Part shown: piece after piece, positions 17,649 through 23,762 of the stretch
Layout: the number at the start of each line of letters is the position of its first letter
Numbering within the stretch: position 1 is the stretch's first letter
Notes under the pieces: model-generated
Seen by the model: only the letters and a program-made list of their open reading frames with translations
The model's database searches: none
What the model was told of the DNA's origin: nothing
Program-made: the position numbers and the translations under genes
Source of the DNA: Nitrospinota bacterium
GTDB taxonomy: Bacteria; UBA8248
Direction: 5' to 3'
NCBI GenBank assembly: GCA_030754595.1
Contig: JASLZZ010000092.1
Coordinates: forward strand, 1 to 23,762
Length of the DNA stretch: 23,762 nucleotides

Positions 17649-19394
17649 ATGTCCGGCTACAAAAGCGAGATTCGGGACGGGATGCGCATCGATTGGGACG
17701 TTCCGATCGAAATGGACGACGGGGTGGTTTTGCGCTGCGATGTATACCGGCCCATCGAGGAAGGAAATTACCCCGCCATATTGTCATACGGTCCTTACGC
17801 CAAGTGGCTACACCTCGCCGACGGCTACCCGGCCCAATGGAAAGTGCTGAGCGAAAAATACCCGGAGACACTCTCCGGCTCATCGAATAAATATCAGAAC
17901 TGGGAGCTGGCGGACCCGGAAAAGTGGGTTCCCGACGGCTTCGCCTGTGTGCGTGTGGACTCGCGCGGGGCGGGTCGTTCGCCTGGCTATATGGAAGTGT
18001 GGGCCCCGCGCGAGACGAAGGATTTCTACGACTGCATCGAGTGGACGGCCGATCAGTCCTGGTGCAACGGCAAGGTGGGCCTGAACGGTATCTCTTATTA
18101 CGGAATGAATCAGTGGATCGTGGCGACCCTTCAACCGCCCCACCTTGCGGCCATGTGCGTCTGGGAGGGGGCGGCCGATCTTTACCGCGACTTCAGCCAC
18201 CATGGCGGCATTTTATGTCTCTTTGGCGACCTTTGGTACAGAGATACTGTCACGCTACGCCAGCACGGCCGGGGAGAGCGCGACTGGCGGAGCCGGATTA
18301 ACGGAGAATGGAGCTCGGGCCCCGAGACCCTCACGGACGAGGAGCTGAACGCCAACCGCACCGACTTTGGAAACGACCTCCTCGAACACGCGCTTGTGGA
18401 CGATTACTGGAAGGCGCGGATTCCGGATTTTTCAAAGATCAAGACGCCGCTTCTCTCGGCTGGAAACTGGGGGGGCGTCGGGCTCCACCCGCGCGGGAAC
18501 GTCGAGGGGTATGTTCAGTCGGCATCTGAGGAAAAATGGCTCGAAATGCACGGCCTCGACCACTTCACACACTTTTACACCGACTACGGCGTGGCCCTTC
18601 AAAAACGCTTCTTCGGCCACTTCCTCAAGGGCGAGGACACCGGTTGGGACAAACAGCCCAAGGTTTCCCTCCAGGTTCGCCATCCGGGCGAGAAATTCGT
18701 CGAACGGGCCGAGAACGAATGGCCTCTCGCGCGGACGGAGTGGACCAAATACTATCTGCACTCGGGCACCCTCTCGCTCAAAACCAATCCCCAGTCCAAC
18801 GTGCGGGCCCGGCCCTACGACGCTCTCGGGAAGGGGCTGATTTATCTGACCCCGCCCCTCGACGAGGATAAGGAGATCACTGGCCCCGTCGCGGCGAAGG
18901 TTTACATCTCCTCGGATACCGAGGACGCCGACATTTTTCTCGTCCTGCGGGTGTTCGACCCCGACATGCGGGAGGTGACCTTCCAGGGCTCGAACGATCC
19001 GCACACCCCCGTCGGCCACGGCTGGCTCCGCGCCTCGCACCGGAAGCTCGACCCCAGGAAAACGCTCCCCTACCGGCCCTATCACACCCACGACGAGGTT
19101 CAGCCGCTCATGCCGGGCGAGATTTATGAGCTCGACGTGGAAATCTGGCCCACCAGCATCGTCGTTCCGGCGGGCCACCAGATTGGCTTGAGCGTGCGCG
19201 GCAAGGATTATGTCCATCCCGGATTCGAGCAGCCTCCGATGCCGGTCACCGGACGGATTTACTCCGGGGTGGGTCCGTTTAAGCACAACCATAAAAAGGA
19301 CCGCCCGCTCGAGGTTTTCGGCGGGAAAGTGTCGTTCCACACCGGACCCGATCATCCGGCGCATATCCTGTTACCGATCATTCCGGCCAAATAG
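17649..19394 (+). CDS. CocE/NonD family alpha/beta hydrolase (peptidase S15-like), copy 1
   Basis: DGVVLRCDVYRP, VDSRGAGRSPG, WCNGKVGLNGISYYG (nucleophile Ser), EITGP and GWLRASHR. ATG 17649 behind GGGGGAG. Confidence 0.92.
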   Translation: MSGYKSEIRDGMRIDWDVPIEMDDGVVLRCDVYRPIEEGNYPAILSYGPYAKWLHLADGYPAQWKVLSEKYPETLSGSSNKYQNWELADPEKWVPDGFACVRVDSRGAGRSPGYMEVWAPRETKDFYDCIEWTADQSWCNGKVGLNGISYYGMNQWIVATLQPPHLAAMCVWEGAADLYRDFSHHGGILCLFGDLWYRDTVTLRQHGRGERDWRSRINGEWSSGPETLTDEELNANRTDFGNDLLEHALVDDYWKARIPDFSKIKTPLLSAGNWGGVGLHPRGNVEGYVQSASEEKWLEMHGLDHFTHFYTDYGVALQKRFFGHFLKGEDTGWDKQPKVSLQVRHPGEKFVERAENEWPLARTEWTKYYLHSGTLSLKTNPQSNVRARPYDALGKGLIYLTPPLDEDKEITGPVAAKVYISSDTEDADIFLVLRVFDPDMREVTFQGSNDPHTPVGHGWLRASHRKLDPRKTLPYRPYHTHDEVQPLMPGEIYELDVEIWPTSIVVPAGHQIGLSVRGKDYVHPGFEQPPMPVTGRIYSGVGPFKHNHKKDRPLEVFGGKVSFHTGPDHPAHILLPIIPAK

Positions 19395-19546
19395 CCGGGA
19401 GGCGGGAGAATCGGGGTTCAAGGGAATCAAGATTCGGTGGAGAGCCTATGCCCAAGGGGGGGATGCGCCCCCGCCCCGGGCTCATCGAATCGTCGAAATG
19501 ATGTAGAATCGACGAAACCACATTTCATCTGATTCGAGGTTTCGCG

Positions 19547-20479
19547 ATGGCCAAAACCATTGGCTTTATCGGCCTGGGCAGGATGGGCGGAGCGATTGCG
19601 GCCAATCTTCTGGCGGCGGGCCATCCGGTTGTGGGCTGCGACATTACAAGAAAGCGCGTTCGTGAGCTGGAGGCCCTGGGCGGAGAGGGGGCCGCTTCAC
19701 CGGAAGAAGCCGCCACGCGATCGGACCTCCTCATGCTCTCCGTGCCCTGGGACGCGGACGTGGAAAAAGTCCTGCTGGGCGAAAAAGGGGCGCTACCTGT
19801 TCTTGGCTGCGGAGCAATGGTGGTGGATTTTTCCACCGTTCTCCCCGCGACCTCGCTGCGGATGTCGGCGGCCCTCAAGGAAGCCGGCGTTTTTTATCTC
19901 GACGCGCCCATCAGCGGCAACCGGGCCATCACGAGGGAGCGTGGGGGGACCATCATGGTGGGCGGCGACGAGCGCGCCTACAAACGGGTCCGGCCCGTTC
20001 TCCGCAAGACATCCCGCCGCCAGTACTACATGGGCGCGAGCGGCCGGGGGACGCTCACCAAACTCGTTGTGAACACCGTGAGCGAGCTCAACCGGACCGC
20101 CCTCGCCGAGGGCCTCACTTTCGGAATGACGGGGGGCATCGACGGTGCGCTGCTTCTCGAGGTCCTGGCCTCGGGTTCGGCCTACTCCAAGCAGATCGAC
20201 CACAAGGGTGGGCGCATGGTGAAAAGAGAATTCAGAGATCCCGAAGCCATCATCGAAATGTGTGTTAAGGACGCAGAATACATGCTCGAGGCGGGGCGGG
20301 AGATCGGGGCGCCGCTTCCGCTGACGGCGCTACGTTGCCAACTTTATCAGGCCGCGGCCAATTTGGGCCACGGCCAGGACGACCCCGCGAGCGTGATCGC
20401 CCTTTATCAGTCGCTCTCGGGGAAGAAGAAAAAAAATTCGGAAAAAACAAAAATCACGAAAAAGCGAAAAGCGAAATAA
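19547..20479 (+). CDS. NAD(P)-dependent beta-hydroxyacid dehydrogenase (3-hydroxyisobutyrate dehydrogenase family)
   Basis: GFIGLGRMG, LDAPISG, IMVGG and catalytic KLVVN; GAGGT RBS; Lys-rich tail. Confidence 0.9.
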   Translation: MAKTIGFIGLGRMGGAIAANLLAAGHPVVGCDITRKRVRELEALGGEGAASPEEAATRSDLLMLSVPWDADVEKVLLGEKGALPVLGCGAMVVDFSTVLPATSLRMSAALKEAGVFYLDAPISGNRAITRERGGTIMVGGDERAYKRVRPVLRKTSRRQYYMGASGRGTLTKLVVNTVSELNRTALAEGLTFGMTGGIDGALLLEVLASGSAYSKQIDHKGGRMVKREFRDPEAIIEMCVKDAEYMLEAGREIGAPLPLTALRCQLYQAAANLGHGQDDPASVIALYQSLSGKKKKNSEKTKITKKRKAK

Positions 20480-20692
20480 ATCTTGGCCGGTGGAGATTCG
20501 CTGCGGCACGCTACCCCCGCGGTGCGCGGAACACCCGGCAACCCGATGGAACGGGACGAGGTGGAAAAAAAGGCGCTCAATCTGCTCGAGCCCGTTCTCG
20601 GAGCGTCGAAGGCCAGAGAGTTGATCGATGCGGTGCGGCATATCGAAGGAGTGGAGGACGTGCGGGCCATGCGGCCCCTGCTGACGGTATAA
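20480..20692 (+). pseudogene. C-terminal remnant of an MmgE/PrpD-family gene
   Basis: VRGTPGNPMERDEVEKKA..LLEPVLG...ARELIDAV..IE...DVR.MRPLL resembles the last ~70 aa of MmgE/PrpD proteins. No RBS and no N-terminal portion. Confidence 0.7.
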
Positions 20693-20787
20693 TTTTTTGG
20701 CAATGCCGAATCTGTGTTTTTAGCGGGGAGTTCCCCAGCGCGGGGAATTCGGTTTCGAAACCCTAATTTCATGATGCAGAAGGAAAG

Positions 20788-22545
20788 ATGAGGGAAATCA
20801 TGGACGAGTATCATAAAATCGAAGATCGAGACGGAATGCGGATCGAATGGAACGTGCCCATCGAGGTGGACGACGGCACCGTCCTGCGCGCGGACATCTA
20901 CCGGCCCATCGAGGAGGGCAACTACCCTGCGATCCTGACCTACGGAGTCTACGCGAAGGGCGTGGCCTATCAGGATGGCTATCCGCATCAGTGGAACAAG
21001 ATGATCGAGGACTATCCCGAAATTCTCGAGATGTCGACCAACAAGTACCAGAACTGGGAGGTGACCGACCCCGAGTGCTGGATCCCGCACGGCTACGCCT
21101 GCGTGCGAGTGGACTCGCGGGGCGCGGGCTGGTCGGAGGCCTTCCTGGACGTGAACTGCCCGAGGGAGATCGACGACCTCTACGAGTGCATCGAGTGGGC
21201 GGGCACCCAGCCCTGGAGCAGCGGTAAGGTCGGGATGCTCGGCATCTCCTATTATTCCCGGAACCAGTGGCGCGTGGCGGCCAAGCGCCCGCCGCATCTG
21301 ACGGCCATCATTCCCTGGGAGGGCGGGAACGACCCCTACCGTGACTCGGGCTACCACGGCGGCATCCTGAGCCAGTTCTCAGAGATATGGTCCAAGGTGC
21401 AGGTGGCCCACGTCCAGTACGGATACGGGGAGAGAGGGAAAATCAGCCCCAACACGGGCTTGCCGGCCGCCGGACCCGTCAATCTATCCGACGAGGAATT
21501 GGCCAAGAACCGCGTCAACGCCTTCGAGGAGCTTAAAAAACACCCCCTCGACGACGAGTGGCACCAGTCGCGGCGGGCCGACTTCTCTAAGATCGAGGTT
21601 CCGCTTCTCTCGTGCGCCAACTGGGGCGGTCAGGGAATCCACCCCCGGGGCAACTTCAACGGCTACATGGAATCGGCCTCGAAGCAGAAGTGGCTCGAGG
21701 CCCACGGCGATTCCCACTGGGCGCTCTTTTCAAGCGGCTACGGGCTCGACCTCCAGAAAAGATTTTTCGATTTTTTCCTCAAGGATATCGACAACGGCTG
21801 GGACAAGACCTCTCCCGTCACGCTCAACATCCGCCACCCCGGCCCGAAGTTCGTCCCCCGGGAGGAGAGCGAGTGGCCAATCGCCCGGACCCAGTGGACC
21901 AAGTTTTTCCTCGACCTCGACAACAAGGCGCTCACCACCGAGCCGGCCGGGGAGAGTTCACTCGAGTACGACGGCCTCGGCGACGGCGCCACGTTCTGGA
22001 TGCCCGCGCTCGAAGAAGAGATGGAGATCACGGGGCCCATGGCCGCGAAGCTGTTCGTGTCGTCCTCGACCGAGGACGCCGACCTGTTCCTGATCGTCCG
22101 GGTGTTCGATCCGAACGGCGATGAGTTGACCTTCATGGGCTCGACCGACCCGAACACGCCCATCGCCTGCGGCTGGCTCCGCGCTTCGCACCGGGCGCTC
22201 GACCCGAAGAAGAGCCTGCCCTACCGCCCCTATCACCCGCACGACCGGGAAGAGAAGCTGACGCCCGGCGAGGTCTACGAGTGCGACGTGGAGATCGTCT
22301 CCTCGTGCATCGTCGTACCGGCCGGCTGGCGGGTGGCGCTCACCGTCCGGGGAAAGGACTACGAGTACGAGGGAGAGCTGAGCGATTTCGCGAAGAGTTT
22401 CCACTACGGAACCCGCGGAACCGGGGGCATGACCCACAACGACCCCGACAATCGGCCCGAGGAGGTATTCGGGGGCAAGGTGACGCTACACACCGGAGGC
22501 GGCCGGGACGCCTATGTGATGCTCCCGATCATACCGCCGAAATAG
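20788..22545 (+). CDS. CocE/NonD family alpha/beta hydrolase, copy 2
   Basis: DGTVLRADIYRP, VDSRGAG, WSSGKVGMLGISYYS, EITGP and GWLRASHR. Start is 20788 or 20800. Confidence 0.92.
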   Translation: MREIMDEYHKIEDRDGMRIEWNVPIEVDDGTVLRADIYRPIEEGNYPAILTYGVYAKGVAYQDGYPHQWNKMIEDYPEILEMSTNKYQNWEVTDPECWIPHGYACVRVDSRGAGWSEAFLDVNCPREIDDLYECIEWAGTQPWSSGKVGMLGISYYSRNQWRVAAKRPPHLTAIIPWEGGNDPYRDSGYHGGILSQFSEIWSKVQVAHVQYGYGERGKISPNTGLPAAGPVNLSDEELAKNRVNAFEELKKHPLDDEWHQSRRADFSKIEVPLLSCANWGGQGIHPRGNFNGYMESASKQKWLEAHGDSHWALFSSGYGLDLQKRFFDFFLKDIDNGWDKTSPVTLNIRHPGPKFVPREESEWPIARTQWTKFFLDLDNKALTTEPAGESSLEYDGLGDGATFWMPALEEEMEITGPMAAKLFVSSSTEDADLFLIVRVFDPNGDELTFMGSTDPNTPIACGWLRASHRALDPKKSLPYRPYHPHDREEKLTPGEVYECDVEIVSSCIVVPAGWRVALTVRGKDYEYEGELSDFAKSFHYGTRGTGGMTHNDPDNRPEEVFGGKVTLHTGGGRDAYVMLPIIPPK

Positions 22546-22584
22546 CGCGGTTGTTTTAGTGGCTCAAGAACCTTTTTCGAAGAG

Positions 22585-22986
22585 TTAGGCGCTTTTTTCC
22601 TGAATCAGGACAACCGCGTCGATCTCGACGATGTCGTCCTGATTCAGGGCGCGGACTTCGATGATGGTCCGGGTGGGGAGGTGTTCGCCGAAATATTCTT
22701 CGTACATGCGGTTGAGCGCCGGTCGGTGCGCCTTCATGTCGGTGACGTATACCGTGGTCGATAGGAAGGCGGCCATCGAACCTCCGGCCGACTCGGCGAT
22801 GGCCTTGAGATTCTCGAAGGTCCGCCGCGCCCGCGCCTCGATGGTGGGCTCGACCAGCTCACCCGTACCGGGGTCGATGCCGCGCTGGCCGGCGATGAAG
22901 AGAAGGTTCCCGGCGCGGCGGGCCTGGGCGAACGGACCCTTCGGGGCGGGAGCCCCGCCGGTCTGAATGGTTTCGGGCTCTGTCAA
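22585..22986 (-). CDS. RidA/YjgF/UK114 family protein
   Basis: APAPKGPFAQA, LFIAGQ, TTVYVTD, PTRT (conserved Arg) and VEIDAV; TTG start. Confidence 0.9.
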   Translation of the reverse strand: MTEPETIQTGGAPAPKGPFAQARRAGNLLFIAGQRGIDPGTGELVEPTIEARARRTFENLKAIAESAGGSMAAFLSTTVYVTDMKAHRPALNRMYEEYFGEHLPTRTIIEVRALNQDDIVEIDAVVLIQEKSA

Positions 22987-23088
22987 TTTGATTCCCTGAA
23001 AAAAACCGCCTCCTGAAATCGGAGAACGGGGATCGTGTCTTCCGGGCGAAAACCGCCCCCGGGGGAACGCCCATCTACCGGGCGGGCC

Positions 23089-23313
23089 CTATTTTTTCTT
23101 CTTTCCCTGAAGCTCGACGGGAAAAGCGATCTTGAGCCATTGCGCGGTCTTCGCCGTGGCCGCGCTCTCATCGCTACCGGGAATAAACGCGATGGGCTCC
23201 TTGGGCCGGCCGCCGTCCTTTTCGAGCATGAAAACATCGACGCCAAAGCCGTAGAGATCGTGCTCGCGCGTTTCGAGCTGATATTTCACCTCGTTGTGCG
23301 AAACTTCCACCAT
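23089..23313 (-). CDS. Small hypothetical protein (74 aa)
   Basis: ATG behind GAAAGGGAAG; protein-like composition; fills the gap upstream of ridA. No recognisable family. Confidence 0.55.
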   Translation of the reverse strand: MVEVSHNEVKYQLETREHDLYGFGVDVFMLEKDGGRPKEPIAFIPGSDESAATAKTAQWLKIAFPVELQGKKKK

Positions 23314-23475
23314 GGGTTGACTTCCCTTTCAATAGACCGCCGGGGCGGGACAAAATTTAGGGGCCTCCATCATAGCGAAACCCGCGATTCGCAGTAAACC
23401 CCGATGCCCTCCCGGTTCGGGGGAAGGCGTTTATTCTTGACCCCCGATTTCCGCTATGATAAAGCCTATGCTTCC

Positions 23476-23550
23476 GGGCCGTTAGCTCAGCGGGAGAGCG
23501 CTGCCTTCACACGGCAGAAGCCACTGGTTCGAACCCAGTACGGCCCACCA
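23476..23550 (+). tRNA. tRNA-Val (anticodon CAC)
   Basis: Acceptor stem GGGCCGT/ACGGCCC plus ACCA; D arm GCTC/GAGC; anticodon arm CTGCC-TTCACAC-GGCAG; T loop TTCGAAC. Confidence 0.97.
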
Positions 23551-23762
23551 GAAAAATCAACGGGTTGCGGCTCTTGGGCCGCGACCCGTTTTTTGTTGGT
23601 GTCCATATAGGTGTCCAGTCGATTGACTGCATCGAGTTTATGCTCGGGCGCAAGGTGTGCATACCGGAGGGTCATTTCAACGCTCTTGTGTCCCATGAGC
23701 TCCTTCACTGTGGTCAAATCAACGCCGCTCATGACCAGATGCGAAGCAAAGGTATGCCGGAG
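23487..23762 (-). CDS. Tyrosine recombinase/integrase, C-terminal part (truncated by the window edge)
   Basis: LRHTFASHLVMSGVDLTTVKELMGHKSVEMTLRYAH contains the RH, GH and catalytic Tyr motifs. The frame stops only at 23487, inside the tRNA on the opposite strand. Confidence 0.92.
   Translation of the reverse strand, partial: LRHTFASHLVMSGVDLTTVKELMGHKSVEMTLRYAHLAPEHKLDAVNRLDTYMDTNKKRVAAQEPQPVDFSGGPYWVRTSGFCRVKAALSR
23551..23762. mobile_element. Left boundary of an integrative element or prophage inserted at tRNA-Val
   Basis: Convergent integrase next to the tRNA 3' end, an IHF-consensus match (23555-23567), a GGTGTCCA direct repeat, and visibly lower GC than the flanking genes. Confidence 0.75.
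23559..23594 (+). terminator. Hairpin/terminator downstream of tRNA-Val
   Basis: AACGGGTTGCGGC-TCTTGG-GCCGCGACCCGTT followed by a T run. Confidence 0.75.

Noticed and set aside
23437..23460. Sigma70 promoter TTGACC...TATGAT for tRNA-Val
   Set aside because: The spacer is only 12 bp, so the exact promoter elements cannot be assigned.

Overview
GC-rich bacterial chromosomal window of mostly metabolic genes, ending at tRNA-Val(CAC) and the edge of an integrated element (tyrosine integrase C-terminus). In order: MaoC, cupin and Gfo/Idh/MocA genes; a second cupin; two tandem acetamidase/formamidase paralogs; a sirtuin; an internally duplicated Ca-binding-repeat lipoprotein; ilvD; a DUF442/Blh-like protein; a SirB1-like protein; hpnE; a Nudix-HpnC-HpnD triple fusion; DUF3891; a MetX-NIL fusion; a DsbA/FrnE protein; two CocE/NonD hydrolases flanking a beta-hydroxyacid dehydrogenase and an MmgE/PrpD remnant; RidA. 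The main hidden signal is two genes that the ORF track breaks at an in-frame TGA sitting at the catalytic Cys position, each followed by a SECIS-like hairpin. They are probable selenoproteins: a DUF442/Blh-like protein (H-U-K-G-G-G-R, 9280-9726, minus) and a DsbA/FrnE oxidoreductase (U-P-Y-C, 16926-17561, plus). Also notable: a ~210-nt multi-stem RNA-like element in front of metX-NIL, and an integrase frame that reads through the att region into the tRNA. All family calls come from motif recognition by eye; no database search was run.
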